DNA of 61,748 nucleotides, filler included, from Sphacelaria rigidula (lineage: Eukaryota): assembly GCA_964200075.2 (NCBI GenBank). It is 7 parts of 7 records of this genome, joined end to end, with 100 filler letters (N's around TTAATTAATTAA, not from the genome) between each part and the next. Parts side by side here need not be neighbours in the genome. Positions count along the whole stretch, not along the records: positions 1 to 8,736 come from CAXNAA020010231.1; positions 8,837 to 17,572 come from CAXNAA020010232.1; 5 more parts are not named here. One strand, written 5' to 3'. The notes beneath the pieces were generated by a model that did not search any database, was not told the DNA's origin, and was given only the letters and a program-made list of their open reading frames with translations. Shown here piece after piece: positions 1-12,301 of the stretch; positions within the stretch are counted from its first letter, which is position 1; each line of letters begins with the position of its first letter. Position numbers and translations under genes: made by a program.

Positions 1-346
1 CAAGATTGGATCATGACATACAGGGGAAGTACGAATAAGAGACTAGTTCTGTTATTTGAGGTATACCCGATCTAGTGCTTGCAGTACAAGTCTACTGGGG
101 GTACACGCCTTTTCGCGTGCCGAAAATATAGGTCATGACGTATGATTTTGTATGAACGATTTCCCGCCCCACTTGATTCAGTTGTGTGTCAGTTCTGATT
201 CAGTGGTGGTTTCATCATGTGTTTGTTATGTGTGAGTGGGCAAATACGAGAGTGAATCAATTACATTAATGATATCTGGTCTCAACTGGCCATGGCAGGC
301 CTACAACTTCCCGCGACAATGCACTCGGTGCATGAGTCTTCCTATT

Positions 347-1663
347 AACGCTGTCATGTATTCCACAGCCAGGGCTGGTTCTCCCGTCTAGCTTAGACGT
401 CGTCCGCGACGCCAACATCCCTACAGCACGCATGAACAGCACACACGAGTGATGTAGGCTGATTTGTTTCCCGAGACAGCGCTCCCTTGATTCACGGTGA
501 TTTCACAGCAGTACGCACAGATCTAAGAGAAGACGGAAGAGGAAAACCCCTATCATACTGCACGCGCTGGATTCACTTCTCTTCTTGTAGAGCTGCAGCA
601 AAGTCGTGACACCATGGGTGTTTGGGAGATTCTGTGTGGCACAGGAAATTTGCTTGGTGCTGATACGGAGCTTGGTATGGACAGTTGGGCACGTATCATC
701 AACCATACAGATTCACAGTTGTCGCGGCTCCAACATCTTGTTCTTGTTCTTTGGGTCCTTCTTCCACTCGTGCTATCGTGCTCTCGTGCAGTGTCTAGCC
801 TCACTCCCTAGGAGTGGGGAATACTGGGGCTGCCGGTCGGCGCCCGCGCATGGTCAAGGCCTTCACCGGGGACGAAGTTGGTGACTGCCGTTCGGAGGTC
901 TTCTGGTACACTCGCCGGTAAGTTGCGAGTGGGGCCTTTCGCTGGTGTTCCCGATGGGCCGCGGCGATCGGTGAAGATCGGGGCCGGTACATCACTCATG
1001 AGTGTGCTGCACCGGCCCGGATCTTCACCAGTCGCCGCGGTCCATCGGGAACACCAGCGAAAGACCCCACTCGCAATTCACCGGCGAGTGTGCCAGAGGA
1101 CGTGCGGGTGGCAGTCACCGACTTCGTCCCCAGTGAGGGCCTTGACCATGCGCGGGCGCCGACCGGCAGCCCCAGTATTCCCCACTTCTGGGAAGTGAGG
1201 CTGGGCATCACACGAGAGCACGAGAGTACGAGTGGAAGAAGGATCCGAAGAACAAAAACAAGATGTTGCATTCGCGACAGCTACGAAACTGGCTCTACCA
1301 AGCTCCTTATCAGCACCAAGCAAATTTCCTGTGCAACACAGAATCTCCCAGACACCCATGGTGTCACGATTCTACTGCAGCTCTACAAGAAGAGAAGTGA
1401 GTCCAGCGCGTGCAGCATGAGAGCGTTTTTCCTCTTCCGTCTTCTCTTAGATCTGTGCGTACTGCTGTAAAATCGCCGGAAATGAAGGAACCGCTGTCTC
1501 GGGAAGCAAATCAGCCTACACCGCTCGTGTGTGTCATTCATGCGCGCTGTTCATGCGTGCTGTAGGGATCTTGGTGTCGCGGACGACCTCTACGCTAGAC
1601 GGGAGAACCAGCCCTGGAAACGGACCAGGACCACTACCTGGCCGTGGAATACATGACAGCGTT
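347..1663. repeat. 1.3-kb spacerless imperfect palindrome (foldback)
   Basis: Left arm (from AACGCTGTCATGTATTCCAC at 347) is the reverse complement of the right arm (ending GTGGAATACATGACAGCGTT at 1663). Centre is CACTCATGAGTG at 993-1004. Arms differ by substitutions and small indels. Mirror-image ORFs appear on both strands. Confidence 0.92.
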
Positions 1664-1944
1664 TCCCGATCGGTGCTGGATATCCTTGCATCCTGGCCAA
1701 GCTCCCGCGCCTGTCAGCTATTTTTTCGTGCTGGTGAACAAGGGATTCGACGTGACATGTCTCAACAAGGCAGTGAGAGCAGACGCGTGAACTGCGGTGT
1801 ATCCCTTTTGTTATGGATGGGATGTGGGTATTCCGGGTTGCCTCTTTGAAGGACTAGGTCGATGAGAGCTCTGAGGTACGTTGGTGGAGGTCAGTGTACC
1901 CCTGATAAATATGGAAAAACGATCGAAAATATGTTATTTCAAAA

Positions 1945-2135
1945 TAACCCTTACCCTAACCCCAACGAAGGCACATCGAGAACCCTCGGGTAAGGGGGGT
2001 GCAATGTGTTCCCTAGGCGAAGTGCGCGCTGCGAGACCTCAAACCGGCGCCTGCGGCGCTGGTTTAGACCGAAATGCGTTCTGCGAACGCTAGGAGCACA
2101 GCCCCGATAAAAACTGCGGATGTCGATGTCCACGC
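1945..2135 (+). mobile_element. Telomere-repeat-core MITE, copy A (core only; termini degraded)
   Basis: TAACCCTTACCCTAACCCC, then GAGAACCCTCGGGTAAGGGGGGTGCAA, GGCGCCTGCGGCGC and GAAATGCGTTCTG, in the same order as the copies at 11339, 36104, 37212 and 40660. Confidence 0.65.
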
Positions 2136-5100
2136 CAAAACCAAGTCAGAAAGTCTTATACCTACCAACTGGTAAACTCTGCTGCGTTTGTGTGTAGGTG
2201 AGAAGTGCCTTATATGCTGGGCAATGAACTCTGTAAATGATAGGGCTGTGAACCAGACCAGTTTATATTGTCGATTAAACTTGAACTGGCGGCGAGGGCG
2301 CCAGTTTATCCAGTTTATTGAGGGTTGCCATCACCGGCTATCTTTACACAAATTTTAGTGCGGTGATTTTATAACAAAGATGCTTACGCCATTATATATC
2401 ATTTGACTGTACAATTCAGGCCTGGACTTTACAGTTGCAGAGGAATATGAAGTATCAACTCAGACGGAGGGCGCTCCGAAGGCGTCGACGGGATTTGTTT
2501 GCGTCAATGACGCGTTAAGTAGCGGTGCACACCTTCTTGCTTCGTCTTCCGTGTTTTGGTGGACTTGTACAGCATAGGTCTGGCGTTGTGTGGTAGTACC
2601 ATAGCACATGAAGAACGGGTGTGTCCTGCGCCAGTCACCAGCTGACAAATTCAGCTGTTTTCTCTTTTTATTTTGTTCCGTCTGCTTCGTTGGTACCTCG
2701 TGGTTCTGCAGTTTTCCGTTTACTTAGGTCGTAGCGTGGAGGTCGACGGCTGGTCCGTCGAATGAGGAAAATGAAGGGAGAAAAAATAGTTGTGACCTAT
2801 ATACGGCGAGACTTTTGATGCGGAACTGCCGAGCGACAAACCCCAATTGCCATCTGCCAGTTTCATGATGAATAGCGTTTTAAACACGATGGAGCACATG
2901 CTCACGACACCTCAAAGTGATACAGCGGATATATGCCAAGGATTGTCGTTTCATTGCACGACATCCTCAAGCAAAAATATATAACAAACGGTAACCCGCG
3001 ACTACAAAATGCAAAGCACACCGTGGCTTGCTTCAACTCCATGCGTGTTTGTCGGCCCGGACGTCACAAAAATTGCGCTCTTATTCCCCCGTGCTGCCAG
3101 CCTTGGCTTCCTTCTTCCCCTCCTCTGCTCCTCACGGAGAGTCTCTGCTGCTGCATGTTACAGAGTAATGATTTTCGAATCGCTCGCCACTTTGAATGGG
3201 GCTTTGATCTCACATTTTTCACAACTACTGTATCCACATTCTTGATGGGAAAAAAGCCAAATCCCACGAGGCCCCCTCATCAGGGGTGGAGCTCACGGCT
3301 TCGTCTCTCGCCGCCGATGTTTTCCCCAGTTAATCGGCGAGTTCGATTAACTGGGAAAACATGGATCGATGTACTGGCCGCGCCAGCGGCCGGCCAGTTA
3401 AAACCTTTCTGGCCGGAGCTGCCAGTTCACAGCCCTCGTGGTCGAACATTGCCAGCACCATCGCCCCGGATATATGAATTTCAACGTCCGTTGTCAGTCG
3501 CAAGGGGCTGGCATGACTTCCTACCGACAGCTATTGTGGGCAACAATAGACTCGCGACAAATAAGACAATGCATCATCGCCGTAGCAATGGAGTGGCCAA
3601 GTCGTCTATCAATACATCCTTCGAAGTGCCAGGCTACTGCTCCCTTGTGCTGTACGCCGTTTGTTCGAGACGGTTGCTTGACACAAAGCGAGACTTCAAC
3701 CGTACAAAGCAAATGCCATCGTATACCGGGATAGCTGCTACTTCAGGATTGCGGGTAAGTGCCGTTAATAACCGGCTATATTTTTCATCCATTTTCATCC
3801 ATTCTCATCCATTCTCATCCAAAAATTGATGAAAATGGATGAAACATGAAGCCCGCTAATAACGGCCCTAAGCATCTGGACAGCACTCGTGGTCTGTTTT
3901 CGTAGGGGTTTCCCTATCTGCCTACAAAACCATGGTGTGCGTAGGATACACTGATTGCCAAAGCAGTCGTCTCTTCGACGGAACCAACCTACACGTAAGA
4001 GGAGCATGCGGGGAGGGAGGGTCAGGTTGATGCGTTGCGTATAATATATGGGGGATGCGATGCGTCCACAATAGAAAGTCGCTTGCTGTTCGCTCCTTTG
4101 CTATCACGCGAACCTTCGATCACACTAAACGCTGTACGCTACACGACACCATCCTTGCACCCTATACTTCCTTCAGGTAGTCTTGCACCGAAGGGTATGA
4201 TAATGCCATACCCTTTTTGTCTTGCACTCAACTTGAGGTAACCTTGCACTCAACCCTACTGTACCTCCTACCCATCCTCTACCTGATATATCTTTCCAGT
4301 TGGGAGATTCCACGCAAAGCCCTTGATAGCTTCGCTGACTTCAGCGCTTATGTCAGCAGTTCTCAATAAACGTAGCTGCTCGTATTCGTTACAAGTGCAG
4401 CATCCTCCTCCCTTTTACCCTACCTTGCTGAGCTCTTTTGCAGTTCAATGTATCGCCGGCCGTCGCTTTTTCACTCCGATACCGCTTGCAAACCCACTTG
4501 TTGACGATAAGTAGCGCCTTAGATGCAATGGTGGCGCGCTTTCCCGGTCTTTATCCTGGGTTCGCGCGTATTCGATTCGGTGGACCCACCGCTCGTCAAT
4601 GACCGCCCATTATGCCACTTCGTCGAGTGCACCTCGCCATACTTGTCTGCGGTCTGTACCCCGCTCAGTGCAAAAATGTCGTGCTGCCTTCTCCCAGGCC
4701 TACAACAACTCGATGTCGAACATGCTTGAATGCGAAGGTTATGGCATACACTTTGCTCGAATGCCACCGCCCTGTGGTGTTCTCTGCGGGCAAGAGCCTC
4801 AAGGCAGGACACGTGGGTTGCCAAACACATACCTAAGCACACCTGGCGATTCTTCATTGGTCAATCGAGCCTGAGGCAGCGAGAGAATGCCGCTCGATCC
4901 CATTCATGGGGAGGCAGGTCTTCGGGAGTTATAGTCCAAGTCCCAGTCCTACAACACCCGGTAGACATTCAGTAGATTCTCAACTAATTTCACCGCATAT
5001 GATTTTCTGGGCTCTGTGGTTGGCTGAAAAAAACCCGGATTCGGGGAAACTCTTGGCGTTTAAGCAGAGCAGAACAGAATTTTCCGAAAGTAGTGGTCAT

Positions 5101-8100
5101 CGCCAGCAGAATATTCTATGCATTGGCAGAGTGCGGTGTAATTTCGGGACAGCTGTCACAAGAAAAGCTTCACGGCATTTATCCAATTTGGGGTACAGTA
5201 CAGGATTCTACAGCGCCCAGTTTCGCTACGTAAACATCTCACACACCTTACCCAGTAACGTGTAGCCTTCACTGCTCCTACAGTACTGCTGCTACCGTTA
5301 CTTCCATTGCAGCCCGTGCTGCTGCTCCTCCCCCTGCTGCTGCTGCTGCTATTGTTGAGGCCGTTATTCAGCAGACGGGAAGACCTGCCCTTGGCTCACG
5401 TTCCAGTCCGTAGGTGAGCATCACTTCGCCAGTAGTGCAACCCGGCTGCCGTGCGCTGTTCAGAAGTCGAGCTCACTCTGCAAAGGCAGTAAGCACGGCA
5501 CAGTGCAATGCTATTCAAGAAAATGAAGATGCACACAGTTCCTTATGTACTGTACTTTTCATTAAAACATGTCCGGAGGATATCGTCTAGCTAGATGGGT
5601 CTTCTGTGGACCTCATCGGCTGGCTTTTTTTCGGTGACGCAAATAGGGCAGGGTGAAACCAGAAAATCAGACCCGCCCACAGTACGGTGTCTATATCGTC
5701 GATCGGTAAAACGGTGCTGGGTGCGTGCTGATGAACCCTTACCCTTGCGACATCGGCGAAGATGGAGAGACCCCCCCCGTGGACAGTGCGGGTGATGCTG
5801 TACAGTTCGCATGTCCACCGGGGCGCTGGACAAGCACTGTAAAAATACAGTGCATTGACAACACAGTTGCCGTTCCGTGATGATACTGCTCCGTATAGGT
5901 GAGGGCCTACTGTGGTACTGTGTGCGTGGTATAACGAACCCTTGCAGCCCCCGGTAGACAGAACGGGCGAGACAACAATCCTGTAGGCGAGATGTCGATC
6001 AGGATGTTGATTGAGTAAAGTACAATACATTCAAGGTACAAATATCATCGTTATTGTTATTATTTTACTTTGTGTAGGCCATCGCGGAGAACGCGTTCTA
6101 TTCGATGTCACCGTGGCGCAGGCAGCATAAGAAACGAACCGTTCCACCAAGGAAATGTTGTTGGGCAATGAAACTCGGATGGAATGTCCTGTTTCAGAAT
6201 ATCTGGGCCATAGACAGAAAGTTTTACATGCGCTAGGGCTAGCGCATTATCCTGTGGTGGGCCGCTTCGATGGAATGGGACTCGTGGACCGTGTCGAGAA
6301 CGACCCACAACACCAACAAACAAGACGGTACACGCCGAGAAGGACACGCTCAACCCTTTGACCGCCGTCACCTGGGTTGTGCATGCACTTTTCAAGTGAA
6401 AATGATGCCGAGACAACAATAGATATTGAGACTCTGATCTGACGTCAAAGGGTTACTCGTTCTGTACACCGTAGGGTCTTGTGCCGTTGTACTGTCTGTT
6501 GTACGGTAAATGTAGACGCGAACTCGATGGTCACGTGCATTCCTCGTTTTCGGTACTTGTATACACCGACGATTGCACTACCTCAGCCAATCGCCGCGCG
6601 CCATGGTCGCAACGGTTGCATGCTCGCAAACAACACAGAATTATATCTCGAATTACCGCCAGATCCGGGTCCGAATTCCAGCCAGGCTGCGCTGAGCGCA
6701 GAATCAGCAAGGGTACAGTACGTCGTCGTACTCGCACGTAGTAAATATCCTAGCTTCGCGTAGAAAATTATGCGCGCCGCGTACCCGGCGACACATGGCA
6801 CTTACTGATTGTGCAGTGCGGTACAAGATGCCAGCGCACGGGTTCGTGGTGTAAAATGCTGTACAATTTGACGAGATGGCAATAGTCTGCACCCATACAC
6901 AACCGCCGCCCCCCAGTGGTGGGTCCGAAGGCACAACTGACACCATTAGGGCGGGAAATGCGGCTTTGATTCCTCCTAGATGCGTCCATTGATAGTTCGG
7001 TTTATTTTCTCAATATTATCGTATTTGCCTTATTAGAAATGTTACAAGGGCAGGTCGAGTAGAGTATACTCAATTGCGGGGTATTTGGGAAGTCGTGCTT
7101 GAAATACACAAATTGGGGGTAGGGTTTCAGAGATCGCTTTCCAGTAATTTTTTGGGTGCGTCTCCCAACACTCTACCCTATTTTGAGTACCCTAAGAACG
7201 TCTTTCAAAATACCCCACAATTGATTATACTAGAGAGTTTCGGAAACACAAATCAGAACTCAGGGATAAGGAAAAACTCAGGGATTATTAAGAAAGTTGG
7301 GATTTAAGGCCAGGACATGACGAATTCCTTTAGGTAAACCCCGAAAACTGAACCCTGAGAAGAGACATGCGCAGCAACTCAGGTTCAATTTTCAAATTTT
7401 CAAAAAAAAACTGAGTTGCTAGACACCCCAAAGCGTTGGTGCCAAACCCAGGGCTATGAAACGGAACTAGATACCCTGCCCCACAACGACCAAGGTTACA
7501 GAACACAGCCGTAGGACAAATATCACAAGTGAGGCAGTGGCCGATGTTTTGAACGCCCGCGACAGCACTGGTGATGGCAGCTCGTTCACAAGGGCGACCC
7601 AAAACTACGAGGAGCACTTGAAGATGAACGGGGGAGCCGAGACACCAGTCGAGCTGGCTTATGATGATGAGAAAGGGCGGGAGTCGGCCGCTCAAGCAGC
7701 TGCTGTGAGGACTTGACGAAATGGCAACCCAACGTGAAGCTTGCATTAGCTCGCGCAGTCACACCACCTTTGGGTGGCCATTTTGTCGAGATACCCGTAG
7801 CGGCTGCATGGGTGGCCCAGTTCAGCCCTTCCACGTCATCTTCAGCCAGGTCGACAGGTGTCTCTCTGTTCCCCCTCTCGCCTTCACGCAGCGAGGGTTA
7901 CGGTGTGGGCTGAACCTTTATCGAGAACTACGTTCTCAAAGTATGCAAACGGACACACATAGGCATGTGCACACTTGTACTACAGACAACAGTAGGACAG
8001 TAGTACAGACAGTCTGAGAGGTACAGTACAGAACACTTCCTACCGAAAGTATACAAAACTGTCTACAGACAGTGCAACAACAATGGAGTAGTAGTACCAC

Positions 8101-8244
8101 CCTCAACTGTCTCAACTCAATAGTGCTCTACCAGACACCGGCATGTGCAGCACTTGTGAGTGACCAGCGGGCGCCGAGGTGCACTGCCTGTGTGCCCAAC
8201 GCTGTCTACTGTGCCGGGTTGGCATCCGGAGGCTGTGTTTACGA

Positions 8245-8476
8245 TACCATGTGTGAGTTGCCGTCTCATCTATTCTGGACGCCGGTCTACACCTTTCACC
8301 TTTCGGTATATGTGGGCGCACCAGTCGGGGTCACACAGGAGGAAGGTCAACACAGGAGGTTTTCTCCTCATGTGTTCGTTTGTAGTACTCCATTTTTCTT
8401 CTGCGGTGCTTGCCTTTATTTTTTATCGCGAGAGGGGTTCAGCGGCCACTTTCCTTCGTCGATAGTTGAGTCGAAT
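8245..8476 (-). mobile_element. tRNA-derived SINE, 5'-truncated copy
   Basis: GGTCTACACCTTTC..TATATGTGGGCGCACCAGTCGGGGTCACACAGGAGGAAGG..ATCGCGAGAGGGGTTCAGCGG is the reverse complement of the body of the 38487 element. Confidence 0.8.
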
Positions 8477-8736
8477 ATACTGCTGTCGCTTATTCAACGG
8501 GACGGGGATAGCACAAACATATAAAATGATGGTAGGATAGGACGAGGGGTATTTTGGGTCGTTGCTTGCACTAAATTCGACTTCGAACCGATTTTAGGAG
8601 CAACCATCTCCGGAACGCGCGTGTCACCGATAAAGAACGCTAATTCGTACAGTACTGTACTGCTTGAGGCCGTTTTACCCAAATACAAGCGCACGGCGAG
8701 TGAGTCAGGTTGTCCGGGTCATCTATGAGTCTTTTT

Positions 8737-8836
8737 NNNNNNNNNNNNNNNNNNNNNNNNNNNNNNNNNNNNNNNNNNNNTTAATTAATTAANNNNNNNN
8801 NNNNNNNNNNNNNNNNNNNNNNNNNNNNNNNNNNNN
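8737..8836. other. Assembly gap with TTAATTAATTAA linker (similar at ~17573, 26409, 35244, 44079, 52914)
   Basis: Identical N-run/TTAATTAATTAA/N-run blocks; scaffolding artefact. Confidence 0.97.
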
Positions 8837-9442
8837 AAAAAAGAGTGGTTCTAAATATTTTTTAAAAAATATTTTTCCTCTAGCTGGTTTTCCCAAAAAA
8901 AACAATCTTTGGGTGGGGGGGGGGGGGGGGGGGGGGGGGTAGCCTGCTGTATCCCAGTTTATTGCCGAGGCGTTGGTGGGTGCGGTCAGCCAACGTCTAC
9001 AAATATCCTTGGCATGGAGATCGATGAGATGGCGGACATGCCGCTCCCCCAAGCTCATCACTTACCATGATTACGTTTATGGGATCATGTTCCGTGTCGT
9101 GGGTCTCGAGTACCCACCAATAGTCCGGGCAAGTTTGGCGAGGCGTGAGATCAAGTCGCCACTTTGGCTGCAGGCTGTCGCAACCGTGCGCTCGTGCGCT
9201 CGTGTACATACATGTTTGTGGGGGTGGCCGGCATCCGGGGTTATCGGGACAGTAGAGCGGGCAAGGAGTAGAGGCAGATACACGAGCTTCGCAAAGCTCA
9301 CCGACGTTGTCGGTTTTGTCAGTTCCTCGAAAATATTCTTCAATAATACTCCGGAGTATTTTTGAAAAAAAAACAATTTTAAAGAAACTTCCCTCCGGGA
9401 GGGGGGTTCCGTGTCCGTAAATCTTCTCCCGACAAACCTTTG

Positions 9443-9592
9443 GTGTAATGCGTGAGAGGACCGTGTGCTTAGGGGACCACATTATAGTTCGAAACCCTAA
9501 TCCCAACACTAACCCCGACCCCAAGCCTAATCATGAGGATGTTCGAACTCCGGTGCGAGGCTTCAAGGACGCGGTCCTCTCGCGCGTAACAC
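9443..9592. mobile_element. ~150-bp MITE with GTGTAATGCGTGAGAGGACCG TIRs and internal degenerate CCCTAA repeats
   Basis: 5' GTGTAATGCGTGAGAGGACCG pairs with 3' CGGTCCTCTCGCGCGTAACAC; internal AACCCTAATCCCAACACTAACCCC. Relatives at 12302-13021 and 52844. Confidence 0.8.
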
Positions 9593-9904
9593 TTGGGTTT
9601 ACATATTTCTTGGAGAGTCGAGGGCGTTCTCGTGAAAAAATGATCGGTACTTCATTATACAAAAACTTATTTTATGAAAACTTATTTTATGAAAACAATC
9701 ATCAACTGGCTCCATTTTGTTTGGTACATCATGACCTAGCGTGGTCCAATACAACACTTCGAAACGCAGGTACCAAAAGTGGGCCGGTAAGTGGCCCGTA
9801 AAATACTGTCTCTAATGACTACCGGCCCAGCTTCCAAATCGCCCCCACTCTCATCTCGATTTTGAGGCCCGGACTTTCATATTTAGTACGAGCTGGTTGG
9901 CGCT

Positions 9905-10380
9905 GATCACCAAAAAAACACGCATCGGCAAAACCTCGCGCCGTTTCGAGGGGTTAGACCCTGAATTTTTCACAGATGTTCCATGGGTTACTTCGCAACT
10001 TTCGAAGAACGAGGTTTTCTTAGCTTCGACTTTTTACTGTTCTTCGGGGGTTCCCATATTTTCGGACAACATCAATCGATTCGGACACCCTTGAAACGGT
10101 AAAAAAAACAGTCGTTCTTCCAAAGTTGCGTAATCACCATAGAACAGCTGTGCAAGATTTCAGAGTCCAACTCCTTGAAACGGCGTGAGGTTTTTCGCTG
10201 TTGTGCGATATACCTTGGCGTACCGGTGATATCGGTGAAACCGCTAACTACTCGATTTTTGTACCAAAACGGCGTTTTTGGGCCTTTCTCGGCGTGAAAA
10301 TGAAAATTCAAGCATCAGTTGATCGAGTTTTGCGACGAAATTTTGTGGGGCCCCTCTTTTGATTATGCGGCGACAAAACG
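9905..10380. repeat. Dispersed repeat with internal inverted arms (probable non-autonomous DNA transposon)
   Basis: AAAACCTCGCGCCGTTTCGAGGGTTAGAC (~9930) is inverted relative to CCAACTCCTTGAAACGGCGTGAGGTTTT (~10170-10195). Homologous to 41590-42285 and 43885-43937. Termini not resolved. Confidence 0.7.
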
Positions 10381-10928
10381 TGGGCGAAAAAATGGCATCA
10401 CACACAAATCCGACTATGTCGCGCTCTCTACCTGCCCACAGCGGTCACTATGTTATATATGATGTATCATTGCCGCGGCAGACAGTAGCTCGACCCTTTG
10501 GGAACCCAGTGACGATTCTTGTTGTATATCGGCACAGTTGTCCTGGAACAGTCTCGACGAGCTCAGCAAGGCATTCCAGGACTTCGAAATGCGGCCTCGC
10601 TCGATTTCGGCGTGTAAAAAGCGACGTAAAGGCTCGATAAAGCCAGTTTTCCATATTTTTGATTTTTGCCCCAAAGAGAGCGGCCTCACGTGGAGCTTAC
10701 TAGGGTTCGACCTCAGGAGGAACTCATCCTCAATTTGTCCAATCTTGTGTCCCTTCAACTGCATCAATACAATGCAGGTAGTACATCAGTATCTATCGTA
10801 TCTACACTGATTACAGATTGACAAGTCCGCTTCACGAATTTCGAAGTCGTTTTTTGATCAAGAGCATGATTGCAAATTCGCTTGAATCCAAATAACGAGA
10901 ATGAAGGAATTCGACGGAATCAACTCCA

Positions 10929-11045
10929 GACACTTCCTACGATAGCCCCCCCCCCAAAAAAAAAGTGCATGGTTTTGGGAGGCAAAATCTTCACGTAAAT
11001 TGAAATGGGAAAAGCCGAGCACAACGAGAAGCTTGGAATTCCCAC
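10929..11045 (+). mobile_element. Partial (one-ended) copy of the MULE-like MITE at 44587
   Basis: GACACTTCCTACGATAGCCCCC..GGAGGCAAAATCTTCA..AATTGAAATGG..CGAGCACAACGAG matches 44587-44700. Confidence 0.75.
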
Positions 11046-11338
11046 GCTTGTCTCCACCGCACTTCATTTTTTCACCGTAAAAAAATGCATGCTACTGCAG
11101 TAAGAAACGCACAAGTCGCGACAGAAATGAAAAGAGTGGGGAACGAAGCAAGCGCCCACAAGCGAAACGTTAACTGTTCACCCGCCGTGGGCCGCTTCGA
11201 AAAATAGACGTGCTGCTTCAAGTTCGGACGCTTGGTTCGTTTCTTGCTCCCCTTTTTCTTGTCGCGATACGACGGGGTCTCATCTCTTCCGCTTCAAACC
11301 CGCCGTACGCCTTGCTGGTGAGATATACAAATAGGTTC

Positions 11339-11633
11339 ACGGAGGGTTCTCGGGCACATATGATTTCGAACTAACCCAGACCCCAACCTTAGCCCTGACC
11401 CCGACCAAGACATATGAGATCCCTCGGGCGAGGGGGTGCAAATATTGCTCTAGGTAAAGTGTACATCGAGTCGGCACCGCAGGCATCAATTTTGACAGAA
11501 ACGCGGGCGAGCTAGGAACACTTGGGACTGTCAACCCCTCCAAAGATTCTAATATCGGTTTCGAGTCCACAAGCAAGTGCTGAACCGTTCGTACGACCAT
11601 GCGTGAGCTGCACCTGCTACTGAAGGCCTCCGT
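11339..11633 (+). mobile_element. Telomere-repeat-core MITE, copy B
   Basis: Degenerate CCCTAA tract, GAGATCCCTCGGGCGAGGGGGTGCAAA and GGGACTGTCAAC. Only a short ACGGAGG/CCTCCGT terminal inverted match. Confidence 0.65.
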
Positions 11634-11663
11634 TACTCTTGATACAGCGTCACGATGCTCTGA

Positions 11664-12129
11664 GGCCATGTTGTATGGCAACCAATCTGTATTATTAGTA
11701 CAAATATGAGGGTTTCAGCCCGTGTAAATCCGATTTTCTCCCGTGGATTGATTTTACGGACCCCAGTCCGTTGGGCAATGTTGTTCGCCTAGCTCTGAGG
11801 AAACCTGATCAATTCTCCGATTCTCTGGACGCTGACTATTATTTTATCACGTTTCTGCTCAGATCGGGAGTCTCCCGCATCTCCCCTGAATCTGGGACCC
11901 AAATCGGCGGAGATGCGGGAGTCTTCCAATCTGAGCAGAAACGCGGTGAAATAATAGTCAGCGTCCAGAGAATCGGGGAATTGATCAGGATTCCTCAGAG
12001 CTAGGCGAGCAACATTGCCCAACGGCCTGGGGTCCTTAAAATCAGTCCAAGGGAGAAAATCGGATTTACACGGGCTGAAATCCTCATATTTGTACAAATA
12101 CGGATTGGTTGCCATACAACAAGATGGTC
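11664..12129. mobile_element. Palindromic MITE with 3-bp TGA TSD (PIF/Harbinger-like)
   Basis: Near full-length inverted arms (GTTGTATGGCAACCAATCTGTATT / AATACGGATTGGTTGCCATACAAC), centre ~11897. TGA at 11661-11663 and 12130-12132. Confidence 0.85.
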
Positions 12130-12301
12130 TGAGGGTACACGTTATATCAAAATCGTGCGCTTCGGGGAATGTTCTGCCAATTACTTTCACGACAGATGGG
12201 TCGGCTCGACTTGCAGCTTGACCTCGAGGTGAGGCGACAGATGATGGCACACCTGGCCACGGTGTTACTTCGGCAGTAAGGCGGCAGGAGACGTCGTCCA
12301 C

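Noticed and set aside
503-1470. Paired similar ORFs on opposite strands
   Set aside because: A direct consequence of the palindrome; frames are broken differently in each arm.
2933-3829. 298-aa ORF
   Set aside because: No recognisable motif; it crosses short hairpins and a TTTTCATCCA microrepeat, so it is probably a chance ORF.
7048-7482. MITE bounded by GGGCAGG/CCTGCCC
   Set aside because: Only a 7-bp inverted match, ambiguous TSD and no second copy in the window.
8781-8792. Recurrent TTAATTAATTAA motif
   Set aside because: Always embedded in N-runs; an artificial scaffolding linker.
5250-9170. Minus-strand gene from scattered GTAAG donors (~5250, ~5742, ~9065)
   Set aside because: Individual segments look exon-like, but I could not build a phase-consistent, stop-free model.
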